A DNA stretch of 64,000 nucleotides from Lama guanicoe (lineage: Eukaryota), in assembly GCA_013239625.1 (NCBI GenBank), contig MU054400.1:851146-915145 (forward strand), given 5' to 3'. Of the stretch, positions 42,001-53,790 are shown piece by piece. The notes under the pieces are model-generated. The model had not been told where the DNA came from. It searched no databases and worked only from the letters and a program-made list of their open reading frames with translations. The stretch's first letter is position 1. Each line of letters opens with the position of its first letter. The position numbers and the translations under genes are program-made.

Positions 42001-43944
42001 GGGAGGATAGGAAGATCATTTTGACCCAGATAGTGAAGCAGGCAAAAGGATCTGAAATATGAACCTGAGGGCTACATAAATTGGAGTAATTTCGTCTGTC
42101 CTTTTGTCTGTCTGTACTTCCTTTCTCCTCTCAGCATTTTTCTCTTTTGGTCCAGATCCTCTGTCCTGAAAATTAGCGTAGTCCCTTGCCGTGGCCTAAA
42201 GTGGGAACAGAGGAAGCAGATGTATTTCTAGAAGTGTCTCTGACTTCGGTAATAGTGGTGGTCATGGGCATTGTGCAGTAAATAGAGTACACTTAAAAAC
42301 TCTCCCATATTTTTATCCTAGATCCGTACTGGATTAGGTCTGTTCTTTATTGTGAAACGTGTTAAACACTTACACCACAGGATTATTCCTCAAAACCTAC
42401 AGTAGAGAAGTGGAGTTAATCTTTATGGGAACTGAGAGTCTGGGGATGGGCCCTCAGTTTCTGTTCTGCTAATCCAAGAAATATATGTCCAGATACCACA
42501 AGATTGTCTAAATGGACAGATGTTACTTCTGCTAAAAACTAAAGCTTCACGTGGAACTGTGAATTTATATGGATAGAAAGAATGGTTGTATATTGTGTTC
42601 CTTATCCTTTTCCCCTTTGTTCAGCTCTTTGGGAAACTGATCACTTTCATATGCTTTGGTGACCTCTTCATTGTATATATTATTTTGATAGTTTCATTAT
42701 TTGGTTTTTCTTTCTCTTCTTTCACTTATTGTTAACCCTCTTCACCTTCTGCTTTTTTTATTCTGAAGAAAAAAATACAATAAATGAATAAAGATTTTAA
42801 ACACTTACCGAAACTAACAACAGAAAAAGAGGTAATCATTGGAATAGTCCCAGGGCTCGGTTCTGTTTTGTACATTCTATCAGTATTGTCTTCACAGTTT
42901 AGTTTTTCCATTCTGTAAAAGTAGGATTAACAATACCTTGCAGAATTGTTGGGCATGTTACAGGTGTTAACGCCAGTGTTAAATTATTTTGGTACAAGTG
43001 CTAGACAGCGTAAACTATGTTATGATACTGCTTCTGAACCTTTTCCAGTCAGGTTAATAGGAAACATGTATCTGTAGACAGGTTTTGTAGATCACAGTGT
43101 AGTAAACTGAAGATGTTCCTTTGGCCAGAAGTTAGTGTTCCAGAGGCTCACGTTGTCCCAGGTCCTACCCATCCAGCTGCCTGAGGGAATCATATATAAT
43201 TTACCTGTAACCCATTCACAACATACTGGTTCTGAAATTTTGAATAGGATATTGCATGTGAATTGTGTCAGGAATCTTTGGTAGAGGCGGGGAAGATCTC
43301 AGTTCTGTTCTGCTCTGTACCGGCCTTAAATTAGGCGGGCTCTCAGCACTTGGTGACAAAGATGGCCATCTGATCTAGGCTTTCTCTGTTCTCACAGTTG
43401 TAGTCCTACCGAGAATAAAAATTGCCTTTCAGCTATTAGAACCATCATAGTTCCCACCAGGGTTCCGATTTGCCCAGTGTGAGTCACGTGCATATTCCCA
43501 AACCCATCATCATGGCAAGATGGATGGAATCCTTTGGCCAGCACTTGGTGGCATGTCTACTGCTATGGGTAGGTAGGTTGTTTTTATGAAGGTATGGCAT
43601 GATTGTTGATTGAAAGTATAGAAGGAAAGGAGATTAACCCCACTTGAAACAGTGGAATGGATTCTCTGTACGGAAAAAAAGATTCTGCTCTCCAAAGGAA
43701 GAAAGTGAAAGTGTCAGCTGTATTAAGTGCTTGATGCTTCTGAAAACATCATGGGTTTCAATTTAGGAGTACATGGTATTAGAAGTGAGTTCTTGTTTTG
43801 GTAGAAATAGATGGTTCACCATTTTTAAAAATTTTACTTCCCAGTTTGGAACTTTAATGAGAACCACAAGATATAAGAAAATCAACTTGGTGAAACCACC
43901 CTTGGGGAAGATTTCCTAATTCGGCTAATGTAATTCATCTAGAC

Positions 43945-44066
43945 CTGTGCTGTCCAGCTACGTGGCCACTGACTGCATGGGACTGTTTAAACTTATTTCT
44001 TCATATGCATCATGTACCATTCAAAGTACTCAGTGGCCACATGTGGCTAGTGGTTACTGTATTGGG
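43945..44066. mobile_element. hAT-Charlie MITE remnant (MER3-like)
   Basis: 'ctgtgctgtcca..gtggccact' pairs imperfectly with 'gccacatgtggctagtggttactgtattgg'. Confidence 0.65.
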
Positions 44067-45276
44067 TGTGATTAGTGAAGAATTTACGAAGGATGGGGAA
44101 GGGTGAAGAAAAGGAGTTACTCTTAACCTAATAGAAAGAGTGGGGTATTATTATGTATGTGATAAATGGATTTTTAATTAGATGAGAATGTTTTCTCTGA
44201 AAGTGCCTTTGTCATAATCTTGTATAATCACATAACAGAAACTCTTTGCCCTTTTTAGGAAAAGGTTTCATCAAATCAAACATCTAATTGCCTGGTTCCC
44301 TCCCTTTATTTTTTGCTTGGGGCCAGGAGCAAAAGGCTATTTTGCAACAGCACAATCTATAACCTCGCACCAATGAGAAAAGGTAGAGAAATTTAATTTT
44401 TCCTCCGATGTTTCTCTTTACATACGTGCACATTGCTTGTAGTGGAAAAAAGCCTGGGAATTATTTTGAACATTTTTGCAACGTGTTGAGCTTATTGTTA
44501 CTTTATCTAACAGAAACTTTATTCCCTGTGATTAAGGTGTCTAGTTTTTATCTGTGGATGAAAATTTCCCACAAGGAAAAAGATTTCTAAGCCCTGGGCG
44601 ATCAGGGATGGCATCTAACTCGCTCACTGTTGTACATCCAACAGCTCACTTGGTGCCTCTGGCACGTAGTAAGTGCTTAGTAAATATTTCTGAATCAAGA
44701 TTTCTGTTATTCAGAGACTAGTTCATCCATGTCAAGGCTGTTTGTTGCTTTTTCGCCATACTCCTGCTTAACTCTGTCTTGCTTCCCTTAGAAGTGTGGA
44801 AAAGAAGTGCGTTTCTATGTAATACAGTTTTTCAGATCTTCTAAGCAGCCATGATATGAATTAAAATATATGGAGTAACATCATTTTTACCCTCCCTCAT
44901 GAAGAGATAGACTTCAAGCTAAATAATTTTGCTTTTGCTTTTTCTTACTGCACTTAACTTACAATTTTTAAAATATGTTATTTGAAAAGCTTTCAGGCCT
45001 CTCCTTTTTGTAGATCGGAACATGTAGCCAGTTAAGACAGTGCCTTCTGCAGAGTTCATTTTTGGCTCTGTAACATGACCTTTATGCTAAACTGAGATTC
45101 CCTCTGCTTTGTCTCCCAGGTAGCAGCTAGTCAGATGGAGTACTGAAAACAAGATTTTGATACTCTGTTCCCTTTCCCCTAAGATCTCAAATATATCCTT
45201 AAGTTTAAAACCAAAATACTTTTGAGTCCTGTGAATATGAGTCTTCATAGGTGACCCTTTCTTTTCCTGTTTTTAG

Positions 45277-45411
45277 GACTATCCTGTTAAGTGTAATCTC
45301 ATTGCTTAATGAGCCCAACACCTTCTCCCCAGCCAATGTGGATGCTTCGGTTATGTTCAGGAAATGGAGGGACAGTAAAGGAAAAGACAAAGAATATGCT
45401 GAAATCATTAG
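45277..45411 (+). CDS. UBE2R2: UBE2R2 coding exon 4 (135 nt, phase 2-2): [44 protein letters not shown](R)
   Basis: ttttag acceptor and AG|gtaagg donor. Encodes the C-terminal helices of the UBC fold; frame is consistent. Confidence 0.98.
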
Positions 45412-45539
45412 GTAAGGTGCTGTGTTTTGTCTTCTGTTTGGTTACTTCAAATCTTCATACAGAACCAAAGTATTTCCTAGAACCAAGAGTTTAAATTGAA
45501 CTCAAATGTCTACTCCATGTCTCTCAGTTAGATTTATTT

Positions 45540-46420
45540 TTGGGGAAGAGATTTCTGCCTGAGTCTAATGTCCACCAGGATGGAGACATCCAAATGTTTA
45601 TATAGGGCCTGGAGCTTAGAAGAAAAGTATGGGCTGAACCCTGATGATTTGAGAGCTGTCACCGTGAAGGGTCAGAACCGTGGGGAGGGGTAGAATGGTT
45701 CAGGGAGAGAGCACTGTGAGAAGAGATTCAAGCCTGTAGGCCTCGGCAGCGTCAGGAAGTAAGGGAGCAAGAACAACTGAGAGAAGTTGGTCTAATTAAA
45801 AAGGAGGCAGGAGGAAGAATACTGTTTTGGTTTTCAAGTTCAGTTTCTCTAGTCCCTTGATAGAGGTCACATTTTCATACATGTATGAAGCCTTCATACA
45901 TTCATACAGTCAGTGTTTGTTGCACAGCTGTATGTGCCAGGCTGTGTTCTAAGAACTGAGGAAATAGAATTAAGATAGACAAGGTCTCTGCTCACATTCA
46001 GGGGGAAGGAGGACAACAGAAAGGTGAACAAAAATGAGGAAAATCCTAAAAAGAAAAGAAATGCTAGATAGTGGGTAAGTAGGATAATACGAAGGAATGA
46101 GAAGATGGCTGCTTTAAATTGGATTGTCAGAACAGAGAATATCACCTCTGAGGCGATGTTTCATTTTAGACCTGAGTGACAAGAATCAGCCAACCATATG
46201 CAGATCAAAAGAGTACAGAAAAATTAACTAGGTGTGTTGATGGTACTGGAGAAAAACCCAGGGTGGCCTGAATGTTTTGGAATTGGAGAAAGTAATGGGT
46301 GGTGAGAATGAAGTGGTAAGGAGGTGTAGATCATGCAAGACTTTGAAATCCAACACAAGATACTTGGGTTTTACTCTGTGCAAATAGGATTACTGAGTTG
46401 TTGGGGCTGCATCCTGTTTA
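45540..46420 (-). mobile_element. L2 remnants in UBE2R2 intron 4
   Basis: 'ttcatacattca..tatgtgccaggctgtgttctaag..agacaaggtctctgctc' followed by a purine-rich L2 body. Confidence 0.7.
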
Positions 46421-46702
46421 GGATAAGATGGCTGGGTGAACAAAATCAGAGGTGGTTTCTGGCTAACCAGCATTTGAGACCCACCACTTTGAACACCCTT
46501 CACAAGGCGTTACTAAGCGTCCTTCAGAATGATGCCTGATGGGCCAGAACCTCTGGTGTAGTAGAGGGTCTGTCGGATGCCTTCAGGTAGGTAGGTAGGT
46601 AGGTACTAAAGTTCAGAAACCTGAGTCATAAGGAATCTTCAATTTCTTAGACCAATTATAAATTCATCTTTCGGAGATTTAGATAAACTATCCTCCCTTC
46701 AG

Positions 46703-46922
46703 GAAACAGGTTTCAGCCACTAAAGCCGAAGCAGAAAAGGACGGAGTGAAGGTCCCCACGACCCTGGCGGAATACTGCATCAAAACTAAAGTGCCTTCCA
46801 ATGACAACAGCTCAGATTTGCTTTATGACGACTTGTACGACGACGACATTGATGATGAAGATGAGGAGGAGGAAGATGCCGACTGTTACGATGATGATGA
46901 TTCTGGGAATGAGGAGTCGTGA
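46703..46922 (+). CDS. UBE2R2: UBE2R2 last coding exon (220 nt to stop): KQVSATKAEAEKDGVKVPTTLAEYCIKTKVPSNDNSSDLLYDDLYDDDIDDEDEEEEDADCYDDDDSGNEES*
   Basis: cag acceptor, the acidic C-terminal tail typical of the CDC34 family, and TGA at 46920-46922. Confidence 0.98.
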
Positions 46923-47671
46923 CGTGCTCCTTCAGTGCCCCTGCACTGCCCTGCCGTCTCAGGCCAAAGGGAGGGGAGCAAGTGGGGACCTAGCAGTGGC
47001 CCCTCAGCAAAAACCTATCACGGGGGTGGGGAAAACAAACACGGCTCCTGCTGACTCCCCTTATGGATCTCAGTTTGCTCCTTTTTGTGGACCTCTTAAC
47101 GGAGAGAACGTAATCCTCCACAGAATGTCTGAATTCTTGCATTCTTTGCCCTTCCATCACTGTATTGATTTTTTTTTCTTTCTTTCTTTAAACCTAAATT
47201 CTCACCTCACTCCGTCTCTACAAAGTGTTCACAGTGAAACACATTTGGTCTGTTTTTAGATTCTTGAAGAATTAGTCTTTCATCAAGACGTTTAATGTGT
47301 TTAAAGCTGGGAACCCATTAGGAGTTCACAAGTGCTGCATATGCTGGGTAGCAAAAGAAAAGAAAAAGCCTAAAACCCCCACAAAACAAAAACTTTTTTT
47401 TTTTTAAAAGCAAATTTGCCAAGGTTTAGCTGCTCATTTACATTAGTGTGTGTGCATTTGTTCAGCCCCATGGTGGTGAGTTTTGTTTCTTTCTCTTCTT
47501 AAGGCTGGGGTACAGTGGGCATCAGGGACTTTGCTAAGGGTAAGCCTGATGAAGTGAAGGGCACAGGGCCCCCTTCAGCCTCCAGAAAATCATCCTAACA
47601 AGGAGGGAGGCCTCAGCTACTCTGAGAAGTCAGATTTTGTTTTTTGAAATCGATTGGGATCTAAAGCCTGA

Positions 47672-47677
47672 AATAAA
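47672..47677 (+). terminator. UBE2R2: Proximal polyadenylation signal (AATAAA) of UBE2R2
   Basis: Canonical hexamer with U-rich sequence upstream and U/GU-rich tracts downstream. Confidence 0.6.
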
Positions 47678-49998
47678 TATTCATACTTTACATAGAACTG
47701 AGCACTTGATTGCTATTTATTTTGAAAGCAGAGTTGTTTTTTTTTTCCCCCAGGGAGTGGGGAGAGTGGGGATTAGTGTGTGTGTGCGCGTGTGTGTGGA
47801 GTCTTAGTGATGGGAACAGAGAGTTAAAAATCACTATGCCAATTTTGGTTGATGCTGCTGGGGGAAAATGTCAAAACTACTGGTGACCACTGTTCGTAGA
47901 GAAAACATCTGTTATATATTTAACATGGCCTTTCCCTGAGAAATACACTCTTACTGCGGATTTTTTTTAAGTAGCCAGTTTTAATTACTCAGTATTAATA
48001 CTAGGTGCATGTGTTAAGATTTTGGTTTTCATTGAGCTGCTTATACTGATAGTGGTAACTGTGGATACGTGAGACATGAGTGACCGGTTCCCGCTTTCCT
48101 CATTGGATGTGACCTGGACTTTTCTCTCCTTTCAATGTATTCGGGCTGTGGATTGCCAGCAGAAGTTGTGCATGGAGCTTTCCCTGAGCTTCTTTTGATT
48201 CTTCTGGCAGAGCCGAGGGAGTTGGCTGCAGACAGTGTCTTGGCGACACTAGATCTTCCTGCCCTGCAGTTGCTGCAGCCTTGATTTCCCCGTCTCGATC
48301 ATGTGTTACTTCAATCAATACTGAATTCCATCAAGCTTCACCAACCAGGGACTTCAGAACTTGGCGGTGATTTTTGTTTCTTACGGGAGTGGGCCAGTTC
48401 CTAGGAGGGCAGTTTTCTTTCAGTGGGGAATATTTTGGAGGGAAAATACAGCAAAGACTGGCTATAATCCTGTCAGATCCCTGCACACTAGTGTCAACTC
48501 TTTTTCTTCAGATCGTGTAGCTCAGAATGGAAGGGTTGATGAGGGGTAGGATGGGTCCTAGGACAGAGTAGATGATGCTTGCTTGCATCCTTAGTTCCTC
48601 CTTCCTTTCTGATCTCAGGGTTTTCATTCAGACTCTCCAAACATTTGCTAATCCCCAGCAGCCATCTCTGGACTAGTCTGCTCTAGTACTAAGTGGGAAT
48701 GTTCAACATGCCAAGGTTCATACAGGACACCATTGAGCCTGGTCCCAGAACCTGTCCAAACTCCATGGGTTACTTGCACCCCTGAATCAGGTGGCTAAAA
48801 TCATATTCAGAGAAAAGAGCAGCTGACAAACAGTGAGTACAAACTCTTGTAGAAGGATGTTGGAACTAGGTTTTTATGCCCCACACTTCCTAAGTGACAC
48901 GTCAAATAACTTACAAATCTTCTGGAGCCCAGAGTCTCTCACAATACTCTGATTACCCCCACACACACCACTCCCATAGTCCTGTTTACAGCCAGTAGCT
49001 TGGTCTCACTCTCTTGGACCCCTTTTAAAACTAAGCCTTTTTCCTTACTGCTAAAGCATTTGTTTTCCAGGGCAGGCCAGACACCTTGGCATCGTGGGAG
49101 GTGCTATGCTGCTCAGCCCTGTCGCTAGGCCCTGTCGGCCTCTGTTACACATTGACTCAGGGAGCCAGAGAGCCAGGTAGAGTTCGTACCTCTCAGCCCT
49201 TCGGGGTGTTACTGTTGAGGGCTGGGTTTGCCTCTGATAAGAGTACAATCAGTTCCAGAAAGACTGGGGTGTGTTGATTTGCTTAGCAGGTAGACATTCT
49301 GATAGCTCAGACTTGTAAAACCCAGATGCTGGTTCCAGAGCTCTGTCCTGAGAACACATCCTATGGCAAAAGAAAACTGGAGCATGTAACCTTTTTCTTT
49401 TGGAAGCAGAGCTCTCAGGCTCAGGCCCCAACCTCGTGAGTACAGTTGTGCTGATTACTTGGTGTAACATGAACTCAGACTTCTGCATTTTTAGGTTCCT
49501 TTTGATTCTAGTGGAGGTCTCTGGGTGCTCTCCAGGTCTGTGTATTTTGAGGCTGGGTGGAAAAAGTATAATAGGATTCAGATTCAGTTGTTGCTTCTGT
49601 CTTCCCCACTTTTATTTCATACCATTCCGGAGTTCCTTTCTATTAGCCAAACTTTTTGTAGTCTTCTCTGCTTGTCCCTGGTAATTATTTGTTTATTTGC
49701 TGTTTCCTTGTTTGGGACAAACATAGTAAGAGATTGAAGGGGAAAATGTGTAGCTCTCCACTGAAAATTAATTCTCCACCCCTCCCATACTGATTTTAAA
49801 AAAAGGTTTACAAAGATTCAGATGCAATTTTCAACTATTCTGAAACCAGCAGGACCCACCTGACTTTAATAGTTTTCTTAGATGAAATTGTAGGTGTTTT
49901 TCTTCAGTTTAACTTATGAGAAAAGATTATCTGATGCGTTTTGTGTTTGACTTCCCCTTTAGTGGTTTATTTTGTCTTTTTCTGCCCATCTGTCTACT

Positions 49999-50016
49999 AA
50001 TAAAATGTGAAATAAA
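49999..50016 (+). terminator. UBE2R2: Distal tandem polyadenylation signals (AATAAA x2) of UBE2R2
   Basis: AATAAA at 49999-50004 and 50011-50016, a U-rich upstream region, and a ttttgtgtgtt downstream element. Confidence 0.75.
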
Positions 50017-51279
50017 ATATACCTGTATTGCTATTTCCCCATGGGATGACCCTCTTCTTTTGTGTGTTAAAATTAAAAGGTCTTAGTATTTCCTGTTCCC
50101 TTGCTTGTGCCCAGGGCTCAGCTGAAAAATTTAAACAGAAACCAAATCTTGCTGACCTGCCTTTTATGACATTCTGCTCAGCTTACCTCCTAACAGAATA
50201 AACATCCCCAAATCCTTACTTGCCTTTAAGAAGGGTTATTAAAAACAAAGGCATTTGTTAACCTTAATTCTGAAATAGGGCACAATCTGCCAATACAAGT
50301 AGGTCGGTGAAGTGAAGGAGGGGGTGGGTGCTCTACTGCCCTCCTTAGGCAAGTTTTCTGTTATTATTGTCGCTTGTCATCTAACTTCCTGCTGCTAAAA
50401 AGCAGGGATCAGGTGTGAGACCATGTAATTTAATTTTCAGTTTCAGATGTGTACACCCATCTTTTTTAAAAGTCAGGATCCCAAGCTGTGGCTTTATAGC
50501 AGCACGTGACCATGGACCAAGGTCAAAAAAGAAAAGGCGAAGACTGTACCCCTAGGCTGGTTCTTGAAATGAGAAGCTCTAATGCTTCAGACAACACCTG
50601 AGGCCAACACACGGGAAGAGTTTATGGCCCTGGTTGTTTCTGGTGGCCTGGATTCAAGAGGGAGGAGCCGGACTAGCACAGGGGGAGTCAGAATCCTGGC
50701 CCCTGGCCCCCGGTGAGTTAATTCCTTGGGACTTTCTGGAGCAGGTATTTAGCCCGGGACCCACTTACCAGCTTCACACCGCCCTGACTCACTAGCCATC
50801 TGTTCCACCAGAGCCCATGGCTGTCAGTCAAGATTGCATCTGGTTGATGAAAAGCAAAGGACAGGTTTAGCTGCTCAAGCTTATTCTCTTACAAGCCTAA
50901 AACTGTTCTTAGTTCTTATCTTTGCTCCTTTGGAAAAGAGTGCACCCTGCCCTAACATTCCTGTTGACAGGCCCCAGTGGGAGACTGCTTTGTCCCCTAA
51001 GTCTGTTACAGAGTCACAACAAAAGCAAAGGTAACTGATAAACACTGCCTGTGCCCTGTCAGGAGGAGTAGCTTTCTTTTTCAGCTGCATCACTTAACTT
51101 TTCCTTCCCTGGATGCTGTTTGGGCCCAGCAAAGCAAGAGATACCAACTGAAGCTCTCACAGCCTGTCATCAGAAGACGGACCATGTGAGCTCTACGTCA
51201 GCCCTGTGAAGACCAGGGTCCCAGGAACCAGAGGCAGGTGGCCTGTGCCCTGGGCCATCCCTCAGTCACACCACACAGA

Positions 51280-52134
51280 GACCGAGCATGCTCTCAGAAT
51301 TTTATTAGGTGGAGTTGGGCAAAAGAGAAAACCTCTGAAAGTCGCCCACCTGGTTTAGGACGACCAAAATAGAGGAGACAAGCGCTCATCGAAATGAAAG
51401 CATATCTTCAATATTTTTTTTTAAATGGGAGCTGACTGGCTGAGTATCTCTGAGTGCAAATTCAGATTATTTTAAAAATGGTCAGCCAGAAGAAGGTAAG
51501 TCTCTGGGGACAAGACCAGACCAGAAGCAGAAGCCTCTGCTCTATATGAAGACAAACAGGTGTCACTTTTATGGTGGGCGGGGGGGTTATCTCTGCTATT
51601 ACCAGAGCAAGATTTGGCAGAAGGGGAACATGACAAAAGGACCAGTTTCTCAAAGAGATGGATAAAGTAATCAATCACACAGGGAAGAAAACTCAAATAG
51701 TGGTTTACAAGGTAGTGAGATAAGTCGTGATTCTTCATTGGTACCTGACCCCAATACCCAGACTGCCTTAAACCAGCCCTCCCAGACGCTGCCGCTGAGA
51801 GGATGGTGTAGAAGGCCTGGAGGCAGAAGGGAGGGAGGGGATTACTCTGCTACAGCGAGAAGGGGTTTGAGTGGGGACAGCTGGCAGCTGGCTAAGAGTA
51901 GCAGTAGCGCCCCCACTCCCCCAAGACTTCGATCACATTTACAAATACATACATAAATACACTACATACAACAGCGAGTCTGGGAGGCAGGCTCCCCACA
52001 GAGGCTCGGCTGACACAGTTACACGTTTCAGGAACTCTAGGAAAGGGCGCCGGGCTCCTAGAGAAATGGGCTCCGTGTGTTCTCTCCTGCCCAGAGTAAG
52101 CCCCACCCCACCCCACCCCTCCCTTCTTCGGGGC
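51280..52134 (-). other. UBAP2: UBAP2 3' UTR (end approximate)
   Basis: Lies between the stop codon and the poly(A) signal. Confidence 0.75.
51301..51306 (-). terminator. UBAP2: UBAP2 polyadenylation signal (AATAAA)
   Basis: tttatt on the + strand about 830 nt past the UBAP2 stop, with a GU-rich element (ctctgtgtggtgtg) downstream on the - strand. Confidence 0.75.
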
Positions 52135-52230
52135 TCAGTTTGTCCAGTATGGAGAGTTGCCGTAGGCAGGTTTGGAGGCTTGTGGCTTGGGCTGCAGGGA
52201 GCTGGGCTGGCTGCGCTGACCGGAGCCACT
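52135..52230 (-). CDS. UBAP2: UBAP2 last coding exon: SGSGQRSQPSSLQPKPQASKPAYGNSPYWTN*
   Basis: cag acceptor, 96 nt including TGA, and a recognisable UBAP2 C-terminus. Confidence 0.96.
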   Translation of the reverse strand, partial: SGSGQRSQPSSLQPKPQASKPAYGNSPYWTN

Positions 52231-52311
52231 CTGAGGAGGAGAGAAGGCTGTCAGGGCTGAAGCAGAGCCCCCAGCCCAGGGCAGGGTGGCTGCCTCCACC
52301 ACTGGGCTCAC

Positions 52312-52503
52312 CTGAGCGTCCTGCGGCAGGTGGTGGTGTAACAGCTGTGAGTGAGGCTGCTGGTGGGCGGGCAGGATGTGCAAGAACGGTGGGGGCGCAT
52401 AACCAGGGGCTGCGCCAGGAGCCAGGGGCCCGGTGGAGCCCAAGGCCGAGGGCAAGCTGAACGGTGGAGGGGTCCCTGCGTGAAATCCCTGCTTGTCAAA
52501 AGT
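52312..52503 (-). CDS. UBAP2: UBAP2 exon (192 nt): TFDKQGFHAGTPPPFSLPSALG...HQQPHSQLLHHHLPQDAQ
   Basis: cag acceptor, CAG|gtgag donor, phase 0-0; conserved UBAP2/UBAP2L C-terminal motifs. Confidence 0.96.
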
Positions 52504-52586
52504 CTGCAGGTCAGAGAGACAACAGTGAAGGCCCGCTTGGCAGCATCTTCCCACCAGCCTACCCATTAGCATCCGTCCTCCCTCAC

Positions 52587-52654
52587 CTGGGTCTTGTTGT
52601 AGACAGAACCAGTCATATCAGGGAGACCACTGGTGCCTGAAGATGCGGACACTC
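52587..52654 (-). CDS. UBAP2: UBAP2 exon (68 nt): (G)VSASSGTSGLPDMTGSVYNKTQ
   Basis: tag acceptor, CAG|gtgag donor, phase 1-0 fits its neighbours. Confidence 0.95.
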
Positions 52655-52809
52655 CTAGGAGGAAAAGCAGTTGTTCCCACTGCAGCTGGTCCCAGCTCCA
52701 GCCTCCCCCACCTCCAGGGGCACTCTGGGGTAGCCTCGCCTGAGGAGCAGGCAGGGTAGGAGATGACTCCTCCAGGCCTCAGTCCTGGAAAGGAAGGGGC
52801 AGACGCTAC

Positions 52810-52917
52810 CTTTGCCAGGCACAGAACCTGCAGACTTGTTTTGTGCCTGCGATGATCCACCGTAGCCACCCTTGGTGTAGTCTCCCGCTGCTGTCCCCTG
52901 GGTCAGGTCGTCATAAC
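52810..52917 (-). CDS. UBAP2: UBAP2 exon (108 nt): (G)YDDLTQGTAAGDYTKGGYGGSSQAQNKSAGSVPGK(G)
   Basis: cag acceptor, AAG|gtagcg donor, phase 1-1. Confidence 0.95.
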
Positions 52918-52997
52918 CTGGCAGGCAGGGGACAAGAGCATGTGTGAGCTAGGCAAGTCTGTTCCACTCGCACCTCTGTGCCCGGAGCACCCCTCAC

Positions 52998-53097
52998 CTG
53001 CGCTGTAACTGTGCTGGCCGTAACCACTGGCCTGCTGGAAAGGGGTGGTGGGGGTGTTAAGGCTCACACCATGCTGCTTGGCTGAGGCTGGAGGGAC
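52998..53097 (-). CDS. UBAP2: UBAP2 exon (100 nt): VPPASAKQHGVSLNTPTTPFQQASGYGQHSYSA(G)
   Basis: cag acceptor, CAG|gtgagg donor, phase 0-1. Confidence 0.95.
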
Positions 53098-53371
53098 CTG
53101 GTGGGGGGCAAGCAGGAGAGGCATTAGTGGAGGAACAGAGTAGGGGGAGCAGGTCACGTACCCCCAGCTTAGCCTTAGGCAGCAGGTGACACACCCACTA
53201 GGGACCTGTCTTCATTAGCGCAACAACACACACTAGATCTAAAAGGGGAAGGTAACCTCACCCCCAGCCTGACTCATTCCTCGAGGCCAGGAGAGAGACT
53301 GAGTGGGGACCTGTCCCTCCCTCCCTGCTTCTGCTGGCTGGAGCTAGAGTAATATCCCTCTCATTACTCAC

Positions 53372-53577
53372 AAACATGGTGGGCCCGTACTGGAAGGCAC
53401 TGGGCATGCCTGTGTAGTAGGGGAGGCCAGTGTAGCTGTAGCCAGGTGGCAGCGCAGGATTCAGAAAGGGCTGCTGGGCTGTGTGGTGGGCCTGTGACTG
53501 GTTCTGCGGTGGCTGAGCCAGTGTGGTGGGGGGCGCAGGGGAGGCAGAGTCACCTCGGCCAAACTTCGCGACATCAC
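53372..53577 (-). CDS. UBAP2: UBAP2 exon (206 nt): (G)DVAKFGRGDSASPAPPTT...PPGYSYTGLPYYTGMPSAFQYGPTMF
   Basis: tag acceptor, gtgagt donor, phase 1-0; KFGR and PPGY motifs of the UBAP2/Lingerer family. Confidence 0.96.
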
Positions 53578-53790
53578 CTAGGAGAAGAGGAGCACTGAAT
53601 CCAATCACTGCCCCATATCCAACCAGAAAAAAGCCAGACTGGCCCCTGCCAACAGGAACAGGTCTGGGGGCCAGCTCAACAACAGGAAGCTGGCAGGTTT
53701 CGGCAGCCTGTCTGCTTCTGTTGCCAGACTCGGGATGAGCTACAGGCCAACTGGATGCCCAGCTTTCCTAACCCCCTGAACAAGACTAAC

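Larger units (their letters stand above)
46923..50035 (+). other. UBE2R2: UBE2R2 3' UTR (long form; end approximate)
   Basis: Repeat-poor sequence from the stop codon to tandem AATAAA signals at 49999 and 50011, followed by U/GU-rich sequence. Confidence 0.75.

Noticed and set aside
46920..47054. Possible stop-codon readthrough (TGA-C) adding ~43 aa to UBE2R2
   Set aside because: The context is TGA-CGT, not the strong TGA-CTAG motif, and nothing else supports it.
46801..47259. 152-aa +1-frame ORF overlapping the UBE2R2 last exon and 3' UTR
   Set aside because: It is a shifted reading of the GAT/GAC/GAG acidic-tail codons. A stop at ~46747 closes the frame upstream, and there is no plausible initiation route.
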